A stretch of 63,687 nucleotides of DNA, filler included, from Nemertoderma westbladi (GCA_032718475.1; 4 parts of 4 records of this genome joined end to end with filler, not necessarily neighbours in it); one strand, 5' to 3'. Counted from the first letter of the whole stretch, positions 37,279 through 51,850 are shown. Notes: generated by a model not told the origin, from the sequence alone. Numbers and translations: made by a program.

Positions 37279-37549
37279 CAGATAGGGGGGAAAACTGGAC
37301 GCAATAAAATTTCATCCCTCTCCACGAGAAATTGGACGCAAATAACAGATGATTACTTTCATAAATAAAACTGTAATCTGTTCTGTTTAGTTTATTGTTT
37401 TGGTTAAAATAACGTGCCACTGTAACCTCTGAACCTGCTCCTTTCCCTAAATTGAGAATTTAACATTGAGGCGGGATATTAATTCGCCAAGTCGGGATTT
37501 GCATCCAGTCCCCCCCCCCCCCCCCCCACCCCCCCCCCCCCTCTGTCTC
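37279..37549. mobile_element. MITE of the GAGACAGGGG family
   Basis: Ends GATAGGGGGGAAAACTGGACGCA and TGCATCCAGTCCC..CTCTGTCTC; related to 3272-3780, 33512-33692 and 63552-63687. Confidence 0.7.
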
Positions 37550-37959
37550 CGAAACAGATAAGAAATGTATTCTGTTTCAATTATCAGTCTTAGCAGTTAG
37601 TCTATACTTATATTCAATGATACAGTACAACAGATTTTAATTTACCCCCAGAATATAGATGGCAGATCTGATCTGCCACCCTTATTCCCAGTACAAATTC
37701 TGTGTGTCTTTCTATCATTTGTATTTCCCTGTCTATGGAGCAAGGAAAATAGGCGCGCCAAGCCCATGCAGTGCAGCATGCATGTTGTAGAGTTTATCGA
37801 GCTTGTTCGAATGAGCTATCGATGGTCACATTTGGCGCACTGCTGGTTCAAAAGTTATGTCCACTCAAAGTTTTTAATATTTTTTTTTTCACTTTTCGTG
37901 GCCGGGACCTCATACTGATACTAGTTTGTGTATTAAATTCGTTAAACCAGGATTACTGA

Positions 37960-38143
37960 GGCCGCGTTCACACTACCGAGTCAAAGTCAAAAGACAATGT
38001 AAAAAAATCACAACAAATTTTTTTTTTCTAGAACGCCATTATGTATTATATTAGGCCTACTGTATAAATGTATTATTATTTATTATTGCTAGCTAGCTAT
38101 ATTTATGTTATTTTGACTTTGACTCAGTAGTGTGAACGCGGCC
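37960..38143. mobile_element. PIF/Harbinger-type MITE
   Basis: TIRs GGCCGCGTTCACACTAC / GTAGTGTGAACGCGGCC, flanked by TGA and TTA. Confidence 0.85.
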
Positions 38144-38159
38144 TTACGGTTTATTTCAG

Positions 38160-38325
38160 ATTGCGGTACCCCCAGATCTATACTCCCCAGAGAAAGCTGG
38201 GTACTCATTAGTGACCATTAATGATGCAGGGCAGACGCCCTAGCGAGTTCCTTTCGATGCGATAACACCCCTTACTCACCTATAGGGCTCGAACCTTCGA
38301 CCTCTGAGGACGGGGGAGATGTGAT
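38160..38325 (-). mobile_element. tRNA-derived SINE related to 40998-41230
   Basis: Minus strand reads ACATCTCCCC..GGTTCGAGCCC..AATGAGTACCCAGCTTTCTCTGGGGAGTATAGATCTGGGGG. Confidence 0.6.
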
Positions 38326-38991
38326 ATTACATATACAGTATGACTAAAATACTACTAAAATTAATTTACATATTAGTACATATATTAAGTACAAAACATA
38401 CAAATCTACTTATTCTACAGTACTAACTTATTCAACAACAAAACAAGTAGATGATACATATTCTATTGCATGCAAAGACTACTGTAAAAATCCTAAATAC
38501 TACTAAAATTAATTGCCGTATTAGTACAAAACATACAAATACGTAAATAGTTAAAGTGTCTAAAGTACTACGTAGGCCTACTTAATATACACCAAAATAA
38601 CCAGCTGATAGATATTACTATGTGAAAAATATTACTTACAGTACGGTTTATAATATTGTACAGTATTGAGTAGGCCTATACGGATATGTTCAATTATACT
38701 CTATATTGCATGCAAGGACTATTGTAAAAATACTAAATACTACTAATATTAATTGAACAGTTCGAAATGACAACATCATTAGAAAAGAAAGAAAGTAAGA
38801 CTAATAAATTAATTAATAGTACAGTCATGACCTACTGGAACTGATACTTTATTTTACTCTACTCTACTATGTGTTTGATGCGGAATTAAGAGATTCATAT
38901 TCAGTCGGGGATATTTATCCTGGGTTACCGGTACTTTTAACACTATCTGCTATCTGGCCCGGGCTATACGGGCTATCATGACCTACTATCC

Positions 38992-39091
38992 NNNNNNNNN
39001 NNNNNNNNNNNNNNNNNNNNNNNNNNNNNNNNNNNTTAATTAATTAANNNNNNNNNNNNNNNNNNNNNNNNNNNNNNNNNNNNNNNNNNNN
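38992..39091. other. Assembly gap with synthetic linker
   Basis: 44 N + TTAATTAATTAA + 44 N. Confidence 0.98.
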
Positions 39092-39254
39092 CGGTAATTA
39101 ACTGCTACAGTATATCAGTAGATTTTTTAATGGCGTTTTATAGCAAATTAAACAAATTCGACCTGGAGGCCTAAGAAACTGTGTGAGAATATCACCATAC
39201 ACACGTACAATTTAATAAAAATGCCACATGCTTTATAATATGTATTGGTACTGT

Positions 39255-39465
39255 ACTGTAGGCCAGATGAGATAAATAATGACAACATAAAACTACTGTA
39301 ATAACTTTGGGAAATGAGTACTACCGTACAGGGGCTAAAACTACGGGTGGGGGGGGGGGGGGGGGGCTAGTGCCTACATACTATAAGTATGCCTACATAC
39401 TGTAGTTCCTTAAGTTAATAAAGTAGTTTTATGTTGTCATTATTTATCTCACCTAGCCTACAGTA
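39255..39465. repeat. Inverted repeat or foldback remnant
   Basis: GAGATAAATAATGACAACATAAAACTACT / AGTAGTTTTATGTTGTCATTATTTATCTC. Confidence 0.8.
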
Positions 39466-40020
39466 CATTACCTTTACATTATTACAGTATATCAAGCATG
39501 TTGGTAAAGGGAACAGGTTTACATACCAAAATAATGGGGAACCAAAATAATAAACGGGAGTTAAGAATTACTGGGCAACCCATTAAATAAATATATAGTA
39601 AAAGTACATGGGACTGGCTGACTGGTAACAAAGGGGGAGAGCTACTAACTAATAACACTATGTTCGATTATTTGCCGAATGGTGATTGGCCAGTGTATTA
39701 CAGTATGTACGGTACTTTAATTGAGAGTGCTTTGCATGCGTATCGCATGCGTCACGAATGGACCACGAATAATTTTAAGCGTGGCGTGGCTAAGCATTCG
39801 TATCGCATGTGCCACGAATGATGAGCCACGAATATATTTACAAGTGAAATCTCACATGCGATACGAATACTATACGCATTCGTTAAATTATTCGGACTGA
39901 CGAACCATTGACGAAGGCTTCACGAATCTTAAATATCATTGCACGCACCTTTTACGAATGCTGCATGTGGCACGAATGCGTTACGCATGGGGATTTTTTA
40001 CTGGGGTATGGTCTGATATT

Positions 40021-40420
40021 TACGGTGGCTGATCTGGGCCAATTAAATTATCACCCGGGTGATTAATAATATCACACGGGTAATAATTCATATCACCCGG
40101 GTGTTGATTCTTCGTTCTTTTCCAGACTGTGTACCGGTCCGGTGCTTCTCACCTGAAGATGTTTACATATTTGAGATACTGTATGTTAGGCTAGATTGTT
40201 TATTAGATTGTTTTGTACAGTTATGAATAATGTAATTGAGTTGGTTTCTGACTATTTCTGGTCTGGATTTTCGAATTCGGATATCTCAAAGTTGCTGAAG
40301 AGTAAGAATATCGAAATCTCGGTCGGGACGACGAGAAGAAATTGAAAGGTTTGCGGGTCGAAAATGGAAGGCTGAATCCAAACCGGCTGAATCCTTAGAT
40401 GATATTTATTGTTCACGGTG
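40021..40420 (+). mobile_element. 5' remnant of a second IS3EU-like family with a transposase N-terminus
   Basis: Starts TACGGTGGC with ATCACCCGGGT subrepeats. From ATG 40223 it reads MNNVIELVSDYFWSGFSNSDISKLLKSKNIEISVGTTRR, aligning with ELISFYFNAGFSYNDIINFLSLSGIEISYSTLLR of the 57607 ORF. Confidence 0.7.
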
Positions 40421-40997
40421 GGACACTCACAGGCAAAGAAGGACGGTGTAATTACATTGCCGGGCAAATCACAACTATTATACCTCGAACAACCGAACTA
40501 CAGTACTTAAAACAAACAAACCAATACAATATTGAACATATGGTGGTGAACCTCATTTACAGAGAAATTATTCGTTACGGACTCACAGAAAAAAATGTTA
40601 CGGACTCACACTTGAAATCGTTATGCACTCGTTATATTGTTTGGAAAAAAAAACCAACGACCAAAGAATGTTTATGGTGTTTATTCAATAAATATCTTTA
40701 TTAATTATATACCTTTCACAATGTACCTTAAGAATCACTATTAGATATATATTTAGTAGTGTTCCTGAATTCATATCTATGAGATTGAGTAGGCATATTT
40801 GGTGTGTGAATATAAGTTTATATTTAATATCCTATAAGTTCATACAGTATGACCATAATTTGTAAAATGACCAATTTGTAGTTCTTTAACAACATGTTTA
40901 CAGAAAACTATTTATACTGGAAAATAAATTTTGAAGTATTTCGTTGTATTTATGATTTACTGTACGATCACTACTATCACAGTATGTACTTATGTTA

Positions 40998-41230
40998 TTC
41001 CACCTTGGCGTATTTGGTTAAATCGGTGGCATTGAAATTACATCTCCCCTTGGGTCGTGGGTTCGATCCCATCATGGGGGCTAGGGTAGTTTTCGTTTCG
41101 GCACGAATACTTTAAAGACCATAAAGGGACTTATTAGCCAGGGTGCATCTCTTCCTTCCTTCCTTAAATGGTAGCTAAATGAGTACTGGAGTTTGCTCTG
41201 GGGGATATAGGTCTGGGGTTTCGCACTGGT
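40998..41230 (+). mobile_element. tRNA-derived SINE
   Basis: A-box TGGCGTATTTGG, B-box GGTTCGATCCC, and a body containing CTTCCTTCC..GGTAGCTAAATGAGTAC. Confidence 0.7.
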
Positions 41231-41684
41231 AATAATTATTGAGACTTTGTGCGTAATCCCTGGCCTAACGGACGATTTTTTTGTATCACAATCCATCATT
41301 CGCTGACTCGTTTCATGAAATCTTGGCGAACTTCGAGGGTATCATACTATACCATCTTGGTCAGTAATTTTTGTTATCCGTGATATATGCCGTTTGGCCC
41401 TTTCGACGCCAGAAATGTGAGTATTAGACATAAGAGACACGTTCGTGGGGCCTTCGCGCAGCACGAGGCCCAGTTATGAGATACAAATTAAAACTGAGCG
41501 ACTGTATCACAAAATCAGTATTTGAGAAATTTACCCACACCACCAATCAATTAAAGAAAGGGGTACAGTACGTGTTCAGCCCTTTTAATCTGCACCCCCC
41601 CCCCCCCCTTCCCACCCACCAATACATAACCGCGACATCTACCACCCACGGAAGGGTAGCACGAACTTATTTCCAATCGCACGT

Positions 41685-42130
41685 TCAATTTGCAAAGCCA
41701 GGTGGTTTATAGGAATATAATAAACGCAGTACTCGTTTTCATTATAAGCCTCGTTGCGTTCGTCCTGTTTTGAATTTAAATATATTTCTTAAACGCAGGG
41801 TAGGACGATCTTTATAATAATAATAACTAGGGATGCGATCAATGTGTGAAGCCAGGGTTTATATAATAATATAGTCAACGCAGTACTCGTCTTCTTTATA
41901 GGCCTCGTTGTGCTCGTCCTGTTTTGTATTTAAATATATTCTCTAAACGCAGACTGACGATCTTTATAACTACCAATGCGTTCAATAGGCGCAGCCAGGT
42001 ATGGTTTATAGGAATATAGTCTACGCAGTACTCGTCCATATTATATGCCTCGTTGCGCTCGTCGCTCGTCCTGTGTTGTCATATAATATTTTTCCTAAAC
42101 GCAGACTGACGACCTTTATACAGTTATAAC
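41685..42130 (+). repeat. Three diverged tandem units of about 150 bp
   Basis: ACGCAGTACTCGT...GCCTCGTTG.G.TCGTC...AAACGCAG is repeated three times. Confidence 0.85.
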
Positions 42131-42927
42131 TATGCGAAGTTTCGAAACTGTGCGAGTAACTGCTGATACATCTATGTGGAGATGTGTGATACAACGCCAA
42201 CGCATCGTATGCCGATGTAGTAATATGGGTAAGGAAATAATATTAAATCAATGTACACTCTTAAAGCTGCAGCGAAAAAATGTAGCTAATTTCGTAGGTT
42301 ACATATAAAATAATAAAATTATTTTTAAGAACATTAATTTTACTACTTTACAAAAATTCAATTAAAAAATAACCAGACAAATACATTGTGGAATAAACTA
42401 TTTCATATATAAGGCTACACAACAGCCATGCCATGGATTCTATTTATGTATTATATCTGTCATTTACCTGAGAGCAACACAACATTTATAGTAGAGTCAA
42501 TAGTGGATTTAGAGAATGCTGTCTGGGCTGGAATAGCAATACTGGTTGCCCCTATTACAGTTCCTCTCTTGTTAGTCTACAACTACAACTCCCAGCCAGC
42601 TAGCTCCACACCAGCAGAGACTTGACCAAATCATTCCCAGCAACTGGCTCCCTTACACACACATCCTTCCATCTATGTACCAGCATGTTGGCCAATAAAT
42701 GAGCAGTATTTAATGAGAATCAATTTTTTATGCCGTCTTAATTACTTTAGATCAATTAAAGACACATTTATTAAAGCAAATCACTTGAACTAATTAAAAA
42801 CTATAATAGAATGGTGTATGTGGATTACATCTGTATAATTTTTAAGTATAATTATTTAAATCTTATACTGTAAAACAATTAATTTCCTTTAAAAGGCAGG
42901 TTGAAAATGGTGTTTTCACCGTAATCA

Positions 42928-43170
42928 ACTTAATTAACTAATTAACTGCTATTATCTTAGCTTCTCGAAGGCCACACGGAAATTCTACTTGGAAATTTTC
43001 TAAACTTTTGCCAAACAACATGTGTACCAAGTTTGGATAGATTTCATCAAAGATTGGCCGAGTTATTAACGTTTAAAATTGAACACGACAGAACGACAGA
43101 ACGACAGAACGACAGGTTGATTAATGGTACCACTACGCTAAGGCTCACTCACTTCGTGGCTCGCCCCACA
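42928..43170 (+). mobile_element. Second copy of the Helitron/Helentron-like element
   Basis: Near-identical to 20407-20649. Confidence 0.6.
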
Positions 43171-44759
43171 GGATTAAACGGTACGCAATGCAGAATGTCG
43201 TACAGTAGGATGATGTAAGAAAATACTTTTTCGAATGTACCTACCTACCTTCGTGGACACTTGTCAGACTAAAAGGAGCTGAATACTTTCAGTTTACATA
43301 GTGAATAATGTATACAAAGCAGAATGATTCTTACCTAACCTACCGCCTGGTGAGTCCGTAACGAAAAATTTGTGAGTCCGTAACGTTGTTCTTAAACGTT
43401 TCAGCTGCAATACAGAACATGGCGACCTAATGGATGGTTTTGATTGGTTGTAAACCCAAGGGAAAATGATTGTCAGTGCAATACACATGCGGGGTGTACT
43501 CCAAATTAAAACTTTAAGTACTTTTCGTTACGGACTCACATAATTATGTAGGCCAAATCTAAAATTTTTGAAAATTTGAATTCACAATGCTATACTGTCA
43601 ATATTCAAAATTTTATCAGCAATAGCTTCCAATAAATGTTGAATTTTCGGTTGGTGTAATTACCTGTCTTAATCAGACAATTTCAATGGTAGTAAGATTA
43701 TGTCAAAAATGACGTGGATTAATTTCTACAAATTTGAAAATACGTACAAAAATGTCCCCATATTGAATAGTGAAAAACCAGTTGTTTCACTCAAAAATTG
43801 TAAAAATCCGTCCCTTTTATTCAAAATTTCATTATTTGTCGTCATTTTGATACCAAAATTATGCTGATTAGATGACTTTTTATTTTCGACGTAAGTGTTA
43901 CATCAATGGTGGAATTGCCCATTATATAGGATAAAAACTTAAAACAATAATTTTATTCAATATTATATCGACCCTTTATTATCGGTAATATCGCTGGCGC
44001 TCGGTAAGTAAAATGCCTAAAGAATACTGAAAAAAATTTATACCCTTATTGTATTGTAGAAAAACAGTAAATAATTATTATTAGCATTGGGCAGTTGGAG
44101 GGAATGGGAAGAAGAATGGAATGGGAAATCACACTGTACTTACCCCATATATATATATATATTGGATTCCCTTCCCCTTTAGGGAGTCAATGGCGCGAAA
44201 TGACCGCAAACACAAAATATAACTTTTAGTGGGTTTTAAAAATTGGTCTAATTTAATTAAAACCATTAATGGAAAGGAACAGGTTACAGTGGCGGTGTTT
44301 TCTAACCAAAACAATAAACTATACATTATTTCACTTGCGGTCAATTGGCGCTGAAGATCACTATTTTCACTTGCGGTCAAAGTGCGCCACTATCTGCCTT
44401 TAGGATTCCATACAATGTGTCAATATTTACACTGCACTGAATTTTATATTGATTATAGGAAGGGATCTAGGGGTCTTAACCTCGAATGATAATTTTATTT
44501 TACCGAAAATAACTTATATTTTATTGGCGCAATTGTAAGACTAATCCCATCACATACTGTACGTAATTTTTAACAGGGTAGTGTACAAATTTAGGAATCG
44601 CGTAATTTTTCTTAAAATTAATATCTCATATCTCTCTAACCACGTACGCGTTTCGACCATGGGAACTGGGACCTCGAGGTGGAGGCCGAGACTACAACCA
44701 CTAGGTTCTTGAGATATTGAGTATAACTTCAAAGCCAGCTGCCATTTTATTAGCCCCTG

Positions 44760-45065
44760 AATATTATACTGTACTGTGTTAATCTCATACTGTACTATAT
44801 ACTGTGTCAATGTCAAAAACTGTGTTTGTCAATATTATATTGTACTACTACTATGTCAATATTTAAACTGAACTGTGTCAATAATATAATGTACTTTGTC
44901 TATACTGTATATCTGAACTGTATGTCAATATTTAAACTGATCTGTGTCAATATTATACTGTACTGTGTCTATATCTAAACTGAACTGTGTCAATATTATA
45001 CTGTGCACTGTGTCTATATATATCTAAACTGTATGTCAATATTTAAACTGAAGTGTGTTAATATC
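44760..45065 (+). repeat. Diverged minisatellite of about 21 bp (TGTGTCAATATTATACTGTAC)
   Basis: Recurrent TGTCAATAT units; the array resumes at 45335 after an insertion. Confidence 0.75.
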
Positions 45066-46299
45066 AGAGGCGTAGGGATGGGGGGGGGATGTTCCCCCGG
45101 ACGCACTCAACCGGTAGCGCTGAAATGTCAGGCAAATGTCAGGGTATTCTTGTAAAAATAAGATAAATCAGTGAAAGTTCAGGGATTGTAGTACAGGACA
45201 TGTGTCATAAGCAAAAAATGTAAAAATTTTATCTGCTCGCTTCGCTCCCAATTCAATATACATTATTATATTTTCACTATATCAAACTTGTGTATAATAC
45301 TGTAGATTTGATATAGTTATATACTTTTAGTAAACTGTGTCAATATTATACTGTACTGTGTCATTATTGACCGTTTTTTTAAATATTGCAACTCCATATT
45401 GAATTTTGAGCCAGATATACAGTATGGCCATACAATACTGTAATATGCGAAAATTTATTGCGGAGTAAAATGAAATAGTTATCTTGGTTCTTTATAACTT
45501 TAATAATAATTTGAAAACATTTCGCCGAAACAAAAACTGAATGGATATACAGTATCTACTAATCTTTTAATAATGAACTAATATAAAATAAATTTAACTT
45601 CGTACTGTATGTTTTATTTTGCATTATACTGTATTATAGGGTGTCGCAAAATATTTACGGTACATTTACTGAGATATTACAGTATCTAGACAGACAGTAC
45701 GGTATGCACAAAGCATAGCTGATAGACCACACTATCTGCGCCGACCACCTACGGCGAATACCACCGCAATAAACTGTACCATTATAATAATTACGTCGTA
45801 AGACCACTATGATATAGGCCTACTGCTCCACTGTACCGTGCCGATACTGGCAGCCATCTGTAATTTAATTTTAGCTGCGTCATACTGCAGTAATGCATAC
45901 TGAACAATTATTAATTAGGCTGAAGGGGAAGTTGGAAGGGTGAAGGAAAAAACATACAGACATACCTATCATCCCCATACAATATAGAAAAACTGTCCAA
46001 TCAGACTGTCATACTGCATACAAACAGTCTGCGTGTACAGTTTTACAGTACGTGTACAGGTGTACACTGTAGAGCTGTACGTACAGTCGGCGCATATCTG
46101 CAGATAGTGTCAGAGTGTGGCCTACTACAGTACTGGTACTCCATACACTACTTTACTACTTACAATAGTTTACAGTACTACACAGCTACCGGTACTTATA
46201 AGATATTTACTTCATTACGTAGGCCTACTCCTACTAACACTACCTACTTGAATGAGACGAACCTAACTTCACACTTTTACTCCAAAAAACACAATCAAA

Positions 46300-47611
46300 A
46301 TGGGTGATATTCGTGGTGAAGACCAAGCGCTTAAAGAACGCAATGAACAGTGGTCAACTAAAGGTCGACAAATTCTCACGGTTCGAATTCCGGCTGTGAT
46401 AAACCGACTGTCTGTCTTGCTAGACAGCGAACCATGGACCAGTTACAAACCGCCGTTTGAAAACGCTGAAATTGTCATCGACCCAGTCTGTTGCCATGCG
46501 GACATTGCGGATGACGACGACACCGACTCCGCAGAGAACGGTGGAGATGAGCCGGGGAAATCGAAAAAATGCCACATGAAGATCCATGCGGCTGTACCAA
46601 TCAACACCAAGCTCGTTGAATTGAGTAGTATAGTCTCGGATTATCTCATGGAGACGCTAGATGATGTCTCCAATTTGCGGGCTTGGGTTAATCTCTTGGT
46701 ACCAAAGGTTGAAGATGGCAATAACTTCGGGGTTGGCATCCAGAATATGGTGATGCAGACGATGATTCATGTTGAGAAGAGGTGTGGGGACGGTTTAGAG
46801 TCGATTACCTCTTATCATAACAAAAGGCAAGTATTTTAGGTCTACCGTTTTAATCTCAGGCCGAATCCCCTGCCCTACATACTTGAAAACAAGTCGTAAA
46901 CTTCAGTCATACTGTATATATACAGTAGCGCACGTCTACGTCGTCTAGTGAGTTTTTGAAATATTCCGTCTCCTCCTGTTGCAAACTTTTCAAATATCAG
47001 TAATGACCCACCGCTACCGCAGATTAATGTTTTACAACAACTAATATTTTATATCCTCATTGCTATTGCGTTGATCATATCTATCAGAACTATATGTCGG
47101 ATTGTGTTTTTAATTTCAAGATACAAATGGACAGGAAGACATTTAATGCATTTTTTTTAAGATGATTAATTAATAACGAATTAAATAAAAAATTCATATA
47201 AAAGGTGATCATTACGCCAAACTCTCTAATTTCTGTTGTTTAAATTAGAACAATACCAGACAACTAACAATAATATTATTATCTTGTTTCGTAAGTTTTA
47301 ATATCGGACCGGATATCAAAAGTGATTTCCGGTGCGCAGCAAATTATTATTACTACAATTATTGAATTATTATATAATTGATGTGTTTGTTATTATTTCT
47401 CAGGGGCCATTTAGTCGCCAAACTGACTGCGTCGCCACATGTCGCTGACTATCGACAAGCTATAGTTTTTCTGGATAGACACGCCTTCTTCTCTTTTCGT
47501 CTATTGCTCATCAGTATGGCGCACACGTACAGCAGTCTCTACCAAAAAATGATGAAGAATTTAGACAAGATTGAACAGCCAAGAAGCAACAACGCATCTA
47601 ATATGTATTAA
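46300..47611 (+). CDS. PSME3: Proteasome activator PA28/REG (PSME3-like); exons 46300-46826 and 47404-47611, 244 aa
   Basis: Activation loop LLVPKVEDGNNFGVGIQ, PHVADYR and C-terminus KNLDKIEQPRSNNASNMY. The phase-2 intron is AG|GCAAGT...CAG|G. Confidence 0.93.
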
Positions 47612-50005
47612 ATATTTTAGTTTCTTTATTTAGCGTTCTGTTATTTATATATAAAATAAACTCATACCGTGGGTAATATGAATATGTGGTTAATTTTATT
47701 GAACATCATTTTTATTTTCCGTATGTTTGCGTATGAACATTGAGTGTGTCGTGTCTGTTTGGTATATAATATAATGTATCGTGTAATGAAATGTGGATGT
47801 CATTCCCAAACCATTATAATATTACTGTATTACCTGAGAAAAATAATTAACCTCTCCTATTAGTCGAGTCAATCTTGCAACAACAAAAAACCCAAAAGAA
47901 ATTCGCTATCAACAAAAACCACATTTTCTGGGTTCTATATTATCTTGTTATTGCCCAAAAGATCTATAAAATTATATGTTGCGGAACAACTTAAATTTCA
48001 AACAAACATTTCACCTATTTTAGCAATGCCCAATAATTGTTTAATTCTGTTTATGGAGCTATTTGTTTGCCTTATTTATAACAAATTGTTTGGTAAGCTT
48101 TTAAATGGAACAATTTTCTATTGTTAGTGATGTAGCTACCTCTTTAAAGAAATCACTACAATCAGCACAGCATGATGTATAATTTGTCCTTATTTGCTAT
48201 TGTTGGGTTTCCGTTTTAGCAAGGATACTCTTTCTGGACTTTCATCGCGGTCATAAAATAAGTTTCAGGTGTAACAGACCTTAGCTGAGACGACTAAGGG
48301 GTGTTTTCTGCCTAGGCTGAGATGACTGGGGAGTTAATTTCAAGGGGGAGTTATCTCAGCCTCGTACACTGGTTCACAGGTATTATCTCTGTATTACAAA
48401 GCAAGCAAGTAAACTGTCAGCCGGAGGCGACCCAAAGGTTCCTCTTTCGATTGCTGCAATATTTTATTTATTTGATGGTAAAGCTGTCCGGCGCAGTTTA
48501 GCGATCATCTGATCGTGAGTTATACAGTTTGAGTCTTGAGCAAGAACTCATCGACATTGACTTCCTGATCAGTTCAACAACACTCGTCAATCCTTGATCA
48601 GTTTTTTCATTGCCACACAAAAAATCTGTTTTTGCCAGCTGCATCCCATATTACCATCGCCGTTGTATAATCGAACTTCGTAATCATAAATCGTTTTTCG
48701 TTAAAAAGTTATGAGCGTTTAATTAAATAAAAACAAAAAATTAAAAACGCAGGTCCCTTTTCTCGCAAACAATGTAAATTTTTTGATGTGGTCCCTTTCT
48801 GGCACCCATGCATCTCAGGTATTTTTCGTGCTAATATTTTCAAATGTTTTTATACTGTAATTCACTAAAAATTATTTTTTTGCGCTATATAGCGGTTTTT
48901 TGGACAAAAATATTGAACTCAAATATAACATAATTTTAAATGTGCCCTCTGGGTCACGAAAAAAATCGTAGTGCAAATATGATAATGAAAAATCACCACA
49001 CAAATAGTTAAGTTGATATTTTTAAGTTATTTAGTTACGTAATTACAGTGGTTTTAATTAACTTGTCAATGCGAATTTTGCTAGTTACAATATAATTATT
49101 TATTACATGGGAATAAAGTAGAACTTTTTTTCATTATTCTCGAGACATTTTATTTACCGAGCGACAGCGAGGTTAATAAAGGGTCGAGAGAATATTGAAA
49201 CAAAATGTTGTACGTCTTTTTCCAATGTAATACGTAATTTTTTTCTTAAATTGGTACTTTTTGTTGCTAAATTCTTTAATAAAACATAGCGTACAGTACA
49301 GTTTAGTGTTACAAAATAAATTGAACTGTAGTATTTTACTGCTAACTGCGACTAAAATTATTGTACTCTTCAACTCTCGATGTTGCCTTACTCAATGTTA
49401 AATTATTTAGTGTTCTCGAATATTTATTACGTAACTAGTGAGCCGCTTAACTACATAAACCAATATTGGATATTGTGTTCCGTTTTGGTGTACGCTGCAC
49501 AGACACTAAAGTTGCAATAACTGTTGAGTTTGTGAATGGATTTTGCTCAAATTACGTGCAAACCTTTTCTACATCGATGCTCTTTCAATATATGTAATAA
49601 AATTTAAGAAATTCCACCAAAAAAATTTTACTTGAATACCTTTTCGCCGGGAAAAAAAGTAAAATCAATGCAATCCTATTGATTACTTTTTTCCCTAGGG
49701 AAAAAAGTGAAACTTTTTCTCCCGATATTGGGGTATATTCGAGCGAAAAAGTAACAATTTAAGAATAAAATAGTTTACTTTTCAAATAGTTTACGTTTAT
49801 TTCAATTAAAATTACAAGAATTTATTTTGAAAAAGTATTATAGAAGAGGATTTAAAATTAAACGACTAAACTTATATTTTAAAATTAATATAACTCAAAT
49901 TTATACCATTAGAAGGGATAATAAATGAAAAGGTCTAAAATGAAGGTTACACTCTGTTGAGCAATTCTAGTCCTTTTCATTCATTTTCATTATATTAATT
50001 AGGCC

Positions 50006-50395
50006 CAAGGATTCCAAATACACTATGTAACACAATTTGAATTTCGTTGAAAAATAGCGGAGATATGAGCGTTCAAATGTTGCATGGTTTTGCATTTGCA
50101 AGAGGCCATTTTATTCTATTTAATAAATGCATCATATTCTGGAACATTTTGTTAATCCAAATAGCTGGGCAACAATAACAATGCATTACATCTGTAATCA
50201 TACTATTTTCACAGTAATATTAAGAATAGCTATTACGTTGCTATTCGTACATTAACAAAATGTTCCAGAATATGGTTTATTTATTAAATAGAAGATAATA
50301 GCCTCTTGCAAATGCAAAACCATGCAACACTTGAACGCGCATATCTCAGCCTTTTTCAACTAAATTCAAATTGTGCTACATATTTGGAATCCTTG
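50006..50395. mobile_element. Foldback MITE with CAAGG/CCTTG termini
   Basis: About 150-bp inverted arms, CAAGGATTCCAAATA / TATTTGGAATCCTTG. Confidence 0.8.
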
Positions 50396-51504
50396 CATGG
50401 CCAGCTTTCTATTGGTATCATCGAACAGCTATAAGGTAGAAGAATAACCGCGGTGTAACTATTGTAATATCGCCGGAGACACTTTTTTTAAACGCTTGTA
50501 GCTAAAGATTGAAAGCAAAAATAAAAATTCTGGCTCACCCAGTCAGTGGTCGGGAGGTGAAACTATCTCTGTTTCAAATATCATAGAAAAATTGGGAGAG
50601 GGGGGGGGGGGGGGGGTGTCGTGTCACTGAATTACGACACTATGTTTTGGGACATGGTGTATATGCTAAAGTAGTATTATTAGTGACTTGGCGTTTGGCG
50701 CCATAGATAATTTAGTTGGTGGCGCCGACAGCGCCATCAGAAAATTAACAACAAAAAGAACACTTGTCTTGTGTAACAACAAGAACAAACACAACTATCA
50801 ATTAGTCTATTTATATCCAATATTATTTAATTTACATACTTTATGTGAATGTAAGTGAAAATAAAACCACGAGGATCTGATCACTGCAAAGTAGTTCGGC
50901 ACTTAAAAAGCCAAAACCGTATATCTCATTTTTACATAGTTTTGAGAAAAACGCAAAATACATTCCGTTCCTGTCATTTGAATCCTGATTGGTGGAACTT
51001 CTGTGAAATGATGTCATTAGGTAAGTTATAGTCATAGAATTCTATTTTTAACTGAAACTTCGATCTACATAGTGCAATGTGCGATATAGCGTATTTGCTT
51101 TTATGTTTTTATAGACATTTGTATGCCAAAACCGTCTATCTCAGATATAATCTGTTTTGGCATGTATACATTTGTTGTTTAACCTGGAGTTCTAGGCATT
51201 CTTACATGCCAAAACAGACTATCTCAGATATAAACCCTATCTGGCCCGGCTATTTTTTTTATACTGTACGTAATTGGTTAGAACATAAAAATGTTGTGTT
51301 TGGTTTGATAATTCCGAAGGTTTATGAGTTTACTAGGTCGCCGATTACGATGAAACTTGTTGAAAATATTTCATACTGCTAAATTTTGCCTGTGTTTTGG
51401 TAACTATCGTTTTTAGTGCTTGTCTGGTGGGACGAAAAATACAATTCTAGCATAAAACTTACAAAAGCCAAAAATTGAATTTGTTTGGATTATACGATAT
51501 TTTT

Positions 51505-51850
51505 GAGTCTCGTATTCGTGATCAGCGTCTCAGAAAACCCCTAATGTCATGAAATAAGGTTGATTTAGTAATGATTTTTGATTAACAAATTTGTTCTACA
51601 CTTATATTTTTCGTGCCACACAAAGACACATATCCAAAAATGCCCTAAACAACAAGGTACAGTACGATATATTTCAGTGTCATATTCGTGATCAGCATCC
51701 CAAAAACAAATAAAAAAATTCAACAATGGTCATAAAATTGGCTTGATTTCATACTGATTTTTCATTATCATTAAAATAAAATCAAAATTACAAAAAAATT
51801 TATAGAATGTTATATTAGAGTTTCTACAATCGTCATCAACATCCAAAAAA
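51505..51850 (+). repeat. Diverged 150-170-bp subrepeats, Helitron-like
   Basis: TATTCGTGATCAGC(G/A)TC..AAAA at 51513 and 51683, with a degenerate copy near 51828. Confidence 0.5.

Noticed and set aside
40150-40192. Additional hammerhead (CCTGAAGATG...ATGTTAGG)
   Set aside because: GAAA and stem II are not intact; at most a decayed relic.
40998-41075. tRNA gene (also 4136 and 36136)
   Set aside because: A and B boxes are present but there is no complete cloverleaf, and the sequence continues into a SINE body.
42430-42720. Cys/Trp-rich exon on the minus strand, or the 65-aa plus-strand ORF
   Set aside because: All minus-strand frames have stops and I recognise no domain with confidence.
44645-44690. 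Minus-strand hammerhead (ACGCGTTTCGACC)
   Set aside because: The matching CUGANGA box is missing.
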